From a virus, in IMG/VR virus record IMGVR_UViG_3300045988_165521: a stretch of DNA of 64,000 nucleotides. One strand, written 5' to 3'. The notes beneath the pieces were generated by a model that saw nothing but the letters and a program-made list of their open reading frames with translations, had not been told where the DNA came from and did not search any database. Shown in pieces: positions 38,027 to 47,300 of this stretch; the first letter of the stretch is position 1, and each line of letters opens with the position of its first letter. A program made the translations under genes and the position numbers.

Positions 38027-39187
38027 TTAAGCTCCTACTGTAAACTCTTGTTCTGCTACAGCATTACCATAAGAGGCTTTAACTGTAAACTTATCACCTT
38101 CTGCTGCAGTTTGTCCTTTTTTTACAGTAAGCTTACCATCGTTATCGATTTGATACTTACTATCTTCTTCTTTAATTGAATATTTAATAAGATTTGGACT
38201 AACAGCGGGACCAGATACATTTGCTTTAATTATTGCTTTTCCTTCGTTAATATCCTGTACTGAAACCTTAAGTGCAGATACGAATTCGATATTAATTAAT
38301 TCAGTATTATCAGGACTAACAACTTTAATTGAATCGTCTCCAAATACTTTTTTCAGATCCTCTTCAAACTTATCAACAAGTGATGATAATACATAGAACG
38401 TATGTGTCGTAACTGATTTAAGAGCTTGTCCTACTGTTCCCTGTCCATGAAGCCCCTTACGAGGCATGCAATATAAGAATGAGAATTGAGTATACAAACC
38501 TCCGTTTACTGGATACTCCTCTTCATTGAGAGCTGCATAACGTATATTAGGATAACTTGGGAAACGTAGATTCTCCTGAAGCCAAGCAGCAGTACCAATT
38601 TCCATTTTATTCTTAGTTACTTCTACAGCCTCATCAACCGTTACATATTGCTTCTCAGTGCAACTATCAGGACAACTAATACCTCTTTGTTCCTGAAGTT
38701 CAGCTACAGTAATGACCTGATGTGAATCAGTGCAACTTACAAGTACTTTGCCTGAATCTTCTGCAGATACTCTTACATATCTGTAGTTTTCAGGAATAGC
38801 CATTTCGATAGCCTTAATCATTTTTTCCTGAAGTTCTTTAGTCTTTTCTAAATCTTCAGCAGAAACCTCAAATTCAGCAAGTACAGCCTTACCAAAATTT
38901 GACCAAGGCATAGCGTAATCTGCAAGGTATTTACCGATTAGAGTAATACCAATTACTACTCTATAAGTACCTTCTTTCGTAGGTAAATTAAATGCTGCAC
39001 TAGCGACTTGGCCTTTTTCTGCTGGAGTTTTGTAAATAACTCCTTCGACTAAGCCTTCTTTTCTATAGTCTGCACAACGTAATACTCGAAATAATTTAAC
39101 AGGACCATCCATAACCATAAAACGAGGATTTACACCATCGTCAAGCAGGTTTGAATTAATTATTACTTCTTTTTGAAAATCAAACAT
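38027..39187 (-). CDS. abundant virion protein, 386 aa, with C-terminal Ig-like domain (candidate auxiliary capsid/decoration protein)
   Basis: Intact ORF with no TGA; both Trp codons are TGG; GC-richer than its surroundings. It is the last gene before a strong terminator. The C-terminal ~90 aa (..VSVQDINEGKAIIKANVSGPAVSPNLIKYSIKEEDSKYQIDNDGKLTVKKGQTAAEGDKFTVKASYGNAVAEQEFTV) look like a bacterial Ig-like (BIG2-type) domain. Confidence 0.55.
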   Translation of the reverse strand: MFDFQKEVIINSNLLDDGVNPRFMVMDGPVKLFRVLRCADYRKEGLVEGVIYKTPAEKGQVASAAFNLPTKEGTYRVVIGITLIGKYLADYAMPWSNFGKAVLAEFEVSAEDLEKTKELQEKMIKAIEMAIPENYRYVRVSAEDSGKVLVSCTDSHQVITVAELQEQRGISCPDSCTEKQYVTVDEAVEVTKNKMEIGTAAWLQENLRFPSYPNIRYAALNEEEYPVNGGLYTQFSFLYCMPRKGLHGQGTVGQALKSVTTHTFYVLSSLVDKFEEDLKKVFGDDSIKVVSPDNTELINIEFVSALKVSVQDINEGKAIIKANVSGPAVSPNLIKYSIKEEDSKYQIDNDGKLTVKKGQTAAEGDKFTVKASYGNAVAEQEFTVGA

Positions 39188-39213
39188 AATTTTTAATTTT
39201 TAAGTTAATAAAT

Positions 39214-40086
39214 TTATTTATTTCCAGGAACTGCTATAGTCTGATTAATAGGAACGTTTGTTTGTAATCTTGGATCACCTGCATTCTCTAATAATAGTCT
39301 AGTTACGATATTAATAATCTCGTAACAAACATAGTCTGGAAATTCCAGGGTTTGAGTATTATCTTCTGGTAATAATACATCATCCTGAGTCATGGAAACA
39401 TACATAGGAGCTTTTACATAAGTAATATATACATTATTTAAACTTCAATTCGAATCGCCACTATGTATTTCCAAATTTACAGAAGATTGATTTACAATCC
39501 TTTTATATGGTTCTTTTAATGCATAAAATCGATATTTTCCATCCTCTGTTTTAATATAATTAGGACGATAACTACCTTCTTTAATTTCATTATCCATAAC
39601 AGGATTTGTTACTGGTTGATCTTTTTCATTTCTATTAATAATATAATAATATGGCTTCTTATGTGAAGGTTTCATATAATAATTATTAATAATACCTGCA
39701 TAAAGATCTGCAGTTAATCTTTGACATGTTGAAGTAATAGTTCTTTGCACTCCATTTCCACATCTAGATTTATTTGAATCACTACCTGTAAATTCTGCAA
39801 TACAATTCAACATATGTAAGTAATCTTTAGGAAGTTGTAGCTCTCAAACAGTATCATTAAATTCCTGTCTTGGAGCAATTTTACCTACTTTAATTACTGA
39901 TGTAGTTTGTAAAAATCCTAAGTCATCTGAACTTTGTTGATTGTACTCACTTCTATTATATACACTATTTATATATTGTTGAATTGCTTTATTAAACAAG
40001 TATATGAAGTCCTCAAGTAAAACTTGAGGAGCTTTCACCTTGTTGCATTCAACTAAAATGTATTCATATGCTTGTCTAATAGTCAT
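39214..40086 (-). CDS. structural protein, 290 aa (possible head completion/adaptor; function unassigned)
   Basis: Fragments 39844-40086, 39445-39813 and 39214-39405 share one frame and are joined by two TGA; both gaps were translated and are open. Stop TAA at 39214-39216. Confidence 0.65.
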
Positions 40087-40095
40087 TATATATTG

Positions 40096-41001
40096 TTATT
40101 TATTGCTTTTCTTCTTTTCCGTCTTTTCAACTTTTTCCTCAGCTTTATCTTCAACTTTTTCCTCAGCTTTATCTTCAGCCTTTTCCTCTACTGTTTCTTT
40201 TAAACTTAGTTTCTGAAGATCAGGGTATGTCTCTAATGTAATACCCTCGTAGATAGTTTTATTTGCAGGAATCTTCAAGAAGAGTAAGATAGATTCGTCA
40301 GTTGTACCTAGACGAACATCCCCATACATCCAAACTCCACTTTGAAGGTTGATAACACGTTGTTCTTTTGCGTCAATAAGCAGCAGTTTAAGTGCTGTAT
40401 CTGATCCTGTATAAAGGTCAATAACAACCATTGGATCTTTTTCCGCTCTTTGATATAAATAGTCCTGAACATCTGAGTCAGGAGCATTTCTCATTGATTT
40501 GCCAAGTAACCTTGTTTTGGTAAGTCTTCCTTTAGCAGAATCTTGTTCAATATAAGTGAACGCTTTTGTTACAAGCTTCATACGTTCGATACGTTTTTCA
40601 GATTCAACTCCAGGTCTTTCTACATAGAATTCAGCTTGACCATAACGTTTTGGACCTCCGTCAATTAAAAGATTACCTTTTGAATCTTTAGAATCTCTTT
40701 CAGGTGCAATTAAGAATGAATCTTTAATGCAAGTCCAAATATTTCTTTCTAGAGGATTATCTAAATCAAACGTTTTACCATCATAAATCTCTATTCGTTC
40801 ATCTTCCTTAATAAAGTAATTACTATCAGGACTATTAATTTCTGCTTCACTTAAGATCATTTCTGTATCTCCACTAGCGTCTACCTGACGAACTCTTTTT
40901 ACAAAAGGATAGTTTGAACCATTTGCTTGTTTTAAAGGATTAATAAAGCAATGTGCTTTTTCCTTACCATATACATTTCTTAAAGTTACTATATTATTCA
41001 T
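40096..41001 (-). CDS. capsid-module protein, 301 aa, with K/E-rich repetitive C-terminus
   Basis: Intact ATG-TAA ORF with no TGA. The C-terminus reads EEKAEDKAEEKVEDKAEEKVEKTEKKKSNK. Confidence 0.7.
   Translation of the reverse strand: MNNIVTLRNVYGKEKAHCFINPLKQANGSNYPFVKRVRQVDASGDTEMILSEAEINSPDSNYFIKEDERIEIYDGKTFDLDNPLERNIWTCIKDSFLIAPERDSKDSKGNLLIDGGPKRYGQAEFYVERPGVESEKRIERMKLVTKAFTYIEQDSAKGRLTKTRLLGKSMRNAPDSDVQDYLYQRAEKDPMVVIDLYTGSDTALKLLLIDAKEQRVINLQSGVWMYGDVRLGTTDESILLFLKIPANKTIYEGITLETYPDLQKLSLKETVEEKAEDKAEEKVEDKAEEKVEKTEKKKSNK
40127..40188 (-). repeat. 24-nt tandem repeat (2.6 copies) encoding the E/K-rich tail
   Basis: TCAACTTTTTCCTCAGCTTTATCT occurs at 40127-40150 and identically at 40151-40174, followed by a partial copy to 40188. 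Confidence 0.85.
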
Positions 41002-41064
41002 ATTTATTCTTATTAAATTTATCTATACCAAATAATGATATCTAAGTTTTAAATATTTTGTAGA

Positions 41065-41082
41065 CTTCTCCCGAAGGAGAAG
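41065..41082 (-). terminator. UUCG-tetraloop hairpin just downstream of the MCP gene (attenuator or mRNA stabiliser)
   Basis: The minus-strand RNA reads CUUCUCC-UUCG-GGAGAAG, a perfect 7-bp stem about 30 nt after the MCP stop. Only a weak U-run follows. Confidence 0.45.
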
Positions 41083-41112
41083 CCTACTAATATTCTATTC
41101 TATCTTTTTATA

Positions 41113-42522
41113 TTACTTTTCACTAACTAAGATAAAGCTACGATATGGGTTGAATACACCAACACCAGCATAACCCCAGTCAATAAGTTTAGTTGCAGCT
41201 ACTGGGCTTGCAACAGGACCACTTTCACGTCCACTTCTACGACCAACACCCTCTAACCAGTTATGGCAGAACTCATTGTTCTTGAATGTGAACATTGCAA
41301 TAGCGGGTTTTCCACTAGCAGCATCAGCAGTCAGATCAAGGAAGATACCATATTTCTTCTCAGGGAATTCGTTATCAAGAGCACGGTCAACTTTGAAAGT
41401 TACAGTATTACCTGCATACTCGTATGAGTTATAGGTTGCACCAACTTTGATATAATCATTAGCACCCTTAGAGAACATGAATGTACCAACAGTCTTCCAG
41501 TCACGAAGATATCCTGACAGACTATCTTGAATTTCAGCCCACATAGGAGTATTGCAAATAAAGATATATTTATTGCCAGTAGGATTATTTGATTTAGCGA
41601 TCATGGCAAGGATAGCGGTATTCATAACTTTATTAGTCATCTTTGAATACACATATTTACCTGCGAAACGCTCAATCTGAGGAATAATACCATCGCCAGA
41701 GATAATAGGCTCACCTGTTTCAGGATCAAAGATCTTAGGTTTACCATTCTTATCTACGTTAGTCTTACCCCAAAGCAGTGCATTTGCACGAGCAGCCATG
41801 AAGCTATCAAGACAATCTTTTTCTGCAGCATTCATTTTGTAAACAGGATCACTTTCTGTTCCTTTACCAATCTGAATGAAAACGTCCTCCATTGCACGAT
41901 ACTTAGCAGTGTAGTCTACATCTGCACGGTGTGTTGCAATAAATGTACGATGCTTTTCAACATTTGACTGATACTTAACGTATCCTTCCTCATGCATTTC
42001 AGGCTGATAGTTCGTTAAGAAACGAGTCTTCATACCTGGCTGGCAGAATTCAACATCAAGAGTAGCATTGTAATCTGAATCTTGTAGTTTACCTACAATC
42101 TCCCAGTCTCTATCTGATCTACGAACAGGACGTGACAGGAAGATAACTTGCTGACGTGATCCTTCGATGATCATTACGTCATTTCTCTGATAATAATTTT
42201 CAGGGAAGTGGAAGATGATATCGGTACCCTGAGCACCATCGCCATCAGGAACCTGTAGGAAAGGAATTCTCTTAATAAATCCTACATTAATGTCCCACTC
42301 TACCATAAATGAATTAATACTTTGGAAACTATTTTTCTTGTCTTTTTCCATTGTATATATATTCATCAGAGATTCAGTAAGGTACGATGCGGTATACTGC
42401 TCATAAAGTGATGATACAATACCAAGACGTGCAGGTTTTTCACCTAAAAATTTGTAAAAATCCTCATATGTACGAGTTGAACTCATCTGAGGACGTACTG
42501 TACTAAAACTAGAAATTCTCAT
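41113..42522 (-). CDS. major capsid protein (HK97-fold type expected), 469 aa
   Basis: Intact ORF directly downstream of an acidic scaffold-like gene. No in-frame TGA; all 7 Trp codons are TGG. It is the GC-richest long gene here. Size and position match crAss-like MCPs. Confidence 0.75.
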   Translation of the reverse strand: MRISSFSTVRPQMSSTRTYEDFYKFLGEKPARLGIVSSLYEQYTASYLTESLMNIYTMEKDKKNSFQSINSFMVEWDINVGFIKRIPFLQVPDGDGAQGTDIIFHFPENYYQRNDVMIIEGSRQQVIFLSRPVRRSDRDWEIVGKLQDSDYNATLDVEFCQPGMKTRFLTNYQPEMHEEGYVKYQSNVEKHRTFIATHRADVDYTAKYRAMEDVFIQIGKGTESDPVYKMNAAEKDCLDSFMAARANALLWGKTNVDKNGKPKIFDPETGEPIISGDGIIPQIERFAGKYVYSKMTNKVMNTAILAMIAKSNNPTGNKYIFICNTPMWAEIQDSLSGYLRDWKTVGTFMFSKGANDYIKVGATYNSYEYAGNTVTFKVDRALDNEFPEKKYGIFLDLTADAASGKPAIAMFTFKNNEFCHNWLEGVGRRSGRESGPVASPVAATKLIDWGYAGVGVFNPYRSFILVSEK

Positions 42523-42544
42523 ATTGTTTAATTTAATTGTTTAT

Positions 42545-43612
42545 TTATAATTCGTCATCTCATAATGACGCGATTGATTTATCTGGATTTGATTTATTTT
42601 TCTCTTCATTAGTAGGTATTACAGTTGAAGGTTTAGGAGGCTCATTCTTAGGAGCTGCGGGCTTCCTAGTTTCCTTAATTAAACTCTTATAATACTGAGA
42701 AATACCTGAAATAGCATCTTTACCAAAGAGACGATACCAAGCGAGCTCTACAAGAACTTGTGGATCATTTAAATCTTTAAAGAACTGGCTAGCTCCATTT
42801 TCATCTTGATCTAGAATATAACTAAAGATCTCTTGTTTATCGTGATCTTCAATTTGTAAACTATCAGATTTTTCATCTTGATAGTCAAGAGAGATTTCAT
42901 TGAAATTTACTAACTGTTCCTCAAGTGTTGATTTAAATGCGTTATACTGTTCCTCTTGAGCTCTTTGTGCATCTTCTACTGCTTTATCTTCTTGTGCTTT
43001 ATATTGGTTTCGAATTGTCTCTACCTTTTTCTTAAATAAGTCTTCATTACTCTTTGCTAAGTCTAAATCTGCTTGAATTTCCTCTTCAGTCATACCTTCA
43101 AACTTAGATTTAAGATCGGCAATATACAATTCTTCATCAGAGTAGTCATCTACAGAATAAGCTTTATTAACAGGTCCATTCTGATTAATGTAGTCCTGTA
43201 CTGCTTTTTGAGAATAGTATTCAACAACATCTTGAATTGTAAGATTGTTGTTACGAAGGTACTCAATAGTATGAACTTCATCTTCAGTTAAGTCAGGTTT
43301 TGCTAATTCATTTAAAATATTTAGTTGTTCTTCCCTATCTAAAGTATTGAAATCTACTTCTTGTTCATTACCTTCTTCATCTTGATAAATTAATGTTTTT
43401 CCATCTCTTAAACCTCTTCCTTTTAAGAATTCACTAAATACATCAAGATCTTTATCTTTTGGTTCAGGATCTGAGTTAGTGTCATTAGGGATTGGTTCAG
43501 GAGTTGGATCATTTTGGTTATCAGGATTTGTATCTCCTTCGAGATTAGTTTTTGTGTCAGAATCATCTGGTTCTAGCAGATTATCCCAATGATTTTGTCC
43601 GTCGATAATCAT
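42545..43612 (-). CDS. scaffold-like acidic coiled-coil protein, 355 aa
   Basis: Strongly acidic, low-complexity N-terminus and a heptad-like E/K/Q-rich middle, immediately upstream of the MCP. The track ORF ends at TGA (42560); reading continues W-D-D-E-L to TAA at 42545-42547. Confidence 0.6.
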
Positions 43613-43664
43613 AATTCTTATTTTTCCTTATTAATTGATTATTAATGTGTTTTAATATTCGCAG

Positions 43665-43696
43665 CAAATATAATATATAAATTTCTAATTTCCAAA
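43665..43696 (-). promoter_or_regulatory. Bacteroidota-type promoter of the capsid operon
   Basis: The minus strand reads TTTG (43693-43696), a 20-nt spacer, then TATATTTG (43665-43672), 53 nt upstream of the ATG at 43612. Confidence 0.65.
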
Positions 43697-43717
43697 TAAA
43701 ATAGAATAAATTTTATA

Positions 43718-44050
43718 TTAATTCTCACTTTGAATAGCTTCTACAAAGTCTAAGATATTATCAGTAATAGATCCAGCTTTATCAAGCTTTTCAATAATTG
43801 ACTTTAAGAATCCAATTTCACTGTCTGTAAATTCAACTGTTAATAGTTCCTTTTCAGGAGACCACACAATTCTACCATCTTTATTCTCAATCTTCAATGC
43901 TTCGACTTCCTCACTTGAAAAGTCAATCTTTTTCCGAACATTTCTTTTTGAAATCATTTCAGTTACAGAACCTTGCTCAGGAAGATTCATCAGTAACATT
44001 AATCGAGTAGCTACATTTAAATCAATTTTTTTCATTTTAGTTTTATTCAT
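43718..44050 (-). CDS. hypothetical protein, 110 aa
   Basis: Intact ATG-TAA ORF, bracketed by a terminator plus promoter upstream and another promoter downstream. Confidence 0.7.
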   Translation of the reverse strand: MNKTKMKKIDLNVATRLMLLMNLPEQGSVTEMISKRNVRKKIDFSSEEVEALKIENKDGRIVWSPEKELLTVEFTDSEIGFLKSIIEKLDKAGSITDNILDFVEAIQSEN

Positions 44051-44078
44051 ATTAGTTCATATTTTTAATTTGTATTTG

Positions 44079-44110
44079 CAAAGTTATAGATTATTTAATA
44101 AATAAACAAA
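44079..44110 (-). promoter_or_regulatory. Bacteroidota-type promoter
   Basis: The minus strand reads TTTG (44107-44110), a 20-nt spacer, then TAACTTTG (44079-44086), 29 nt upstream of the ATG at 44050. Confidence 0.65.
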
Positions 44111-44130
44111 TTTTTATCTAATTTATTGTA

Positions 44131-44162
44131 TATAAACAAAAAATGCCGCATTTCTGCGGCAT
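44131..44162 (-). terminator. rho-independent terminator
   Basis: ATGCCGCA-TTTC-TGCGGCAT (44143-44162), followed on the minus strand by TTTTTTGTTTAT. Confidence 0.8.
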
Positions 44163-44174
44163 ATCTTGTAAAAA

Positions 44175-44621
44175 TTAATCTTTTTTATCTATTTCTTTTA
44201 TTTCTATGACTAGCTTTTGACGACAATCATCACATAAAAATCTTTTAGCTATTTTAAACATACTTTGACCAATTTCACCTGTTAAGTATTGATATTCTTC
44301 TCCATATGGTTTAATTTTCAATGCTGAACTAATATGCATTGCTAAATGACCTTTTTCATGATCAAATGTATTTTGAAATTCTTCAGCAGATGTTGTCAAT
44401 CCAATAACTACAATGGAACATTTATGTTTGAAGTTTGAATAGGTAATTCCTATATTATATTGGTTACTTCTTAATAAATTTTCTGCTTTTACAAGTTCAG
44501 ATCAACTACATCCTATTAGTTCTAATTCTTCTAGAATTTCATCTGTATAATAAGTATCTACTGCATAATATACAGTTACGTGCCAATCTCAATCCTCCAA
44601 ATAAATGTTCTGTACTACCAT
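44175..44621 (-). CDS. small HExxH protein, 148 aa (putative zinc metallopeptidase-like)
   Basis: ATG at 44619-44621. Three in-frame TGA (EDWDWH, CSWSEL) precede track fragment 44175-44399. Motifs are DHEKGHLAMH and a C-terminal CDDC. Confidence 0.55.
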
Positions 44622-44622
44622 A

Positions 44623-45042
44623 TTAGATCATATCTTCTCACATTATTGGAGTTCCTGAGCCTATGCAGTCTGCATAAAATCTTGTTAGAGCCTTTCCATC
44701 ATATCCATCTATATCATCTAAGTAATCTTTAACAAACTGTAATAAATACTGTTCGCTAATAATAGATGATTCAAAAAAATCTGATTTGGCCATATGGTAT
44801 ACATACATTACATCGTATCCTACACAATTATCTACTTTTATTCCATAGTTTCTAAACAATTGCTCTAATTCGCTTTTAGGAGTTAATGTTACCTCTTCAG
44901 GCTTTCCATTAGCTCCTCTTTTGCGCATTTTAGATACAGCTCAATCACATAGCTTTTTATTAAAATGCCATCCGTTTTGTGCCAGATATTCTTCCATTCC
45001 TGAAGGCATTTTGTCTCTAATATCTAGTCTATCTCTTTTCAT
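44623..45042 (-). CDS. hypothetical protein, 139 aa
   Basis: ATG at 45040-45042, directly after the TAG of the upstream gene. It uses both TGG (NGWHF) and TGA (CDWAVS; terminal W-E-D-M-I). Stop TAA at 44623-44625. Confidence 0.65.
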
Positions 45043-45044
45043 AA

Positions 45045-45254
45045 CTACCGACCTCCACGATATCCAGAACGATAAGATGATCTATAACCTGATCGTTCTC
45101 CCATCATTTCTTCCATAGCTTTTTCGTATCCGTCTTCATAGCCACATTCGTATGCTTCTCTTTCAGCTTTTTCCATTTTTTCTGACTTATCACGCATACC
45201 CATTCTGTAGTCCATTTCTCTGTCGCGGCCTTCTCTAATTTCCCACACTCTCAT
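45045..45254 (-). CDS. small highly charged protein, 69 aa, R/G/Y-rich C-terminus
   Basis: ATG-TAG ORF. The sequence reads ..EREAYECGYEDGYEKAMEEMMGERSGYRSSYRSGYRGGR. Confidence 0.55.
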   Translation of the reverse strand: MRVWEIREGRDREMDYRMGMRDKSEKMEKAEREAYECGYEDGYEKAMEEMMGERSGYRSSYRSGYRGGR

Positions 45255-45257
45255 ATA

Positions 45258-45770
45258 TTACTCCTTTTTTAATTGTAACATTAATTCTCTATTTAATTCC
45301 ATTAATTCAGTAATACTTTTAGACATTTCTCCTACTTGATTTTTTAAAGAATTTATTTCAGATTGTTGCTGTTGTTTTTCTGCAAGTTCTGGATTTAATT
45401 CTGTTAAAATGCGATCAAAGCAGGTTATCATTTCTTTGTGGAAATCTACACTACTTATAATGGCTGCACTTTTTTGTTTTAGGCTGCCAATCTCTGCATT
45501 CATCGCTTCTCTACTATCAGATAATACTATATTACTGTTATTAAAATCTGCAATATCTAAATTAGCTGGAATTTTTTGATATGTAACGTCTTGGTTATTA
45601 ACCTTAACGGTAATATCAACAACCATCTCTTGTGGCTGTCCAAACATTGGTTGAATTGGATATTTAGGGACAGGCATTGAAACACTTACAACAGAACCAA
45701 CATCTAAACGTGGAGATGCGTCTTTATATAAAATATATATCTGACTATTTGGCCTTAAGTTTGAAAACAT
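45258..45770 (-). CDS. hypothetical protein, 170 aa, C-terminal coiled coil
   Basis: Intact ATG-TAA ORF with no TGA. Confidence 0.7.
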   Translation of the reverse strand: MFSNLRPNSQIYILYKDASPRLDVGSVVSVSMPVPKYPIQPMFGQPQEMVVDITVKVNNQDVTYQKIPANLDIADFNNSNIVLSDSREAMNAEIGSLKQKSAAIISSVDFHKEMITCFDRILTELNPELAEKQQQQSEINSLKNQVGEMSKSITELMELNRELMLQLKKE

Positions 45771-45787
45771 ATATTACAAATTATTTG

Positions 45788-46231
45788 CTAAGCAGCTGAT
45801 GCTGCTGGGTTAGTAAACTCTAAAAATCTTATTACGCCCGTACTCTTATTGATATACGCTAGACGTTGGGTATTTCCTTGTACATTTGAACCAGTAACGT
45901 TAGAACCTTGACTATCTACAACACTGATTTTAGTTTTTCCTGTAGTGTCTCCACTCGATATTGTTGAAGCTCCACTAGGAACTCCTACTAATACAGGTAA
46001 ATCTTCGCCACCAGTAGGTGCGTCAGCGTGTATTGTCAACAGTACTATACTCTCACATGGTAATTTACTATATAAACAAGGATTAATACCATAATCAACA
46101 GAGCTCTCTGTAAGAGCTACTGCATTAGTGGATAACTTATAAATACCTCCAATATCAATTCTTGGAAGTCCTTCATTTCGAACAGGTACGGGACCTAAAT
46201 TCCACCAATAAGGATCAATAATATTAATCAT
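45788..46231 (-). CDS. hypothetical protein, 147 aa
   Basis: Intact ORF ending in TAG. Trp codons are TGG (PYWWNLG). Confidence 0.7.
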   Translation of the reverse strand: MINIIDPYWWNLGPVPVRNEGLPRIDIGGIYKLSTNAVALTESSVDYGINPCLYSKLPCESIVLLTIHADAPTGGEDLPVLVGVPSGASTISSGDTTGKTKISVVDSQGSNVTGSNVQGNTQRLAYINKSTGVIRFLEFTNPAASAA

Positions 46232-46245
46232 AATCTATATATTTA

Positions 46246-47148
46246 TTAGCAACCACATAAAGTAGTATAAGGATTAACACTAAAGTTAACAGGCTGACTA
46301 TAGCTTACAGGAACTAAATTACCCATTGCTGGGATGTAAGGAATAGTTACTGTAGCAGGCTGTTTACACTCTATTGCACCTAGTCTTGCACTTAAGTCTT
46401 GAAGAGCCGCGTTCACTGGAGCAATCGTTTGAGCTTGGAAAGCTTGAATAGCATTTGTTTGATGCTCTTGAGAAAGCTGATTGATAAGCGCAGATTTATC
46501 CTCACGTAAAGCGTCGATTTTGTTCTGCAATTCTCTCATTTCAAGCTGACAAAATTTATCACTAATAAGAGTAGTTTGCTGATCTATCTTACTTCCAAGA
46601 GTATTAGTTTGGTTCAGAGTAGCTAACTGGCCTTCATATCCCTGACGTTCAATAGCTGTACGAACATCGCAGCAGCATGATGCAATTTGTGATGCAATCT
46701 GGCAATTACCTGCTTGGATAGCATTGATAATTTGCTGTCCACTCATACCTACCTGATTACCTACAGACTGAATCTGACTTTGAACTGAATTAATAGCTGA
46801 CTGTACAGCATTAATATCGCAATTTAATGTAGTAGCTAACTGACTAATTGCATTTCCGTTTCCATTAATAGCTTGTAATAGCATCTCTCTACCATAATCA
46901 TTATTAAGCTGATTGCCTAAACCACCAGCACCATTATTACCAAATCCGTTACCTCCTCAGCCCATAAGGAAGAACAAGAAAATTACCCAGATGAACCATC
47001 CACCTTCTCCAAAACCATCATTGTTACGGCCTTGCATTGCTAATAGAACGTTTGGATCTACACCTCTTTGTGAAAGCATAGGACCTAAAAGACCTAATAT
47101 TCCGTTATTTGCGCTTTCACCAAACACATAAGTTTTTTCTTCTGCCAT
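46246..47148 (-). CDS. membrane-anchored coiled-coil, Cys-containing protein, 300 aa
   Basis: Fragments 46957-47148 and 46246-46884 share one frame and are joined by one TGA (46957); the gap was translated and is open. The predicted TM segment GGWFIWVIFLFFLMG lies immediately before the TGA. The protein contains a CCC triplet and ends ..TTLCGC. Confidence 0.7.
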
Positions 47149-47204
47149 ATTAAAAAATACTTAAATTGTTAAACATTTTGTTTTTGTTTTGTTGATCAAC
47201 AGTA

Positions 47205-47212
47205 CAAATTTA
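47205..47212 (-). promoter_or_regulatory. possible -7 promoter box (TAAATTTG) without an exact -33 partner
   Basis: The minus strand reads TAAATTTG, 57 nt upstream of the ATG at 47148. There is no TTTG at the 19-21 nt spacing. Confidence 0.3.
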
Positions 47213-47246
47213 CAATAGCAAAAGACTAAAACATAACGTTACTATT

Positions 47247-47285
47247 AAAATAAAAAATCCCCTTAAGTTTCTCAACTTAAGGGGA
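47247..47285 (-). terminator. strong rho-independent terminator
   Basis: The minus-strand RNA reads CCCCUUAAGUU-GAGA-AACUUAAGGGG (11-bp stem, 47258-47285), followed by AUUUUUUAUUUU. Confidence 0.85.
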
Positions 47286-47300
47286 TTACAAAGATCCATA

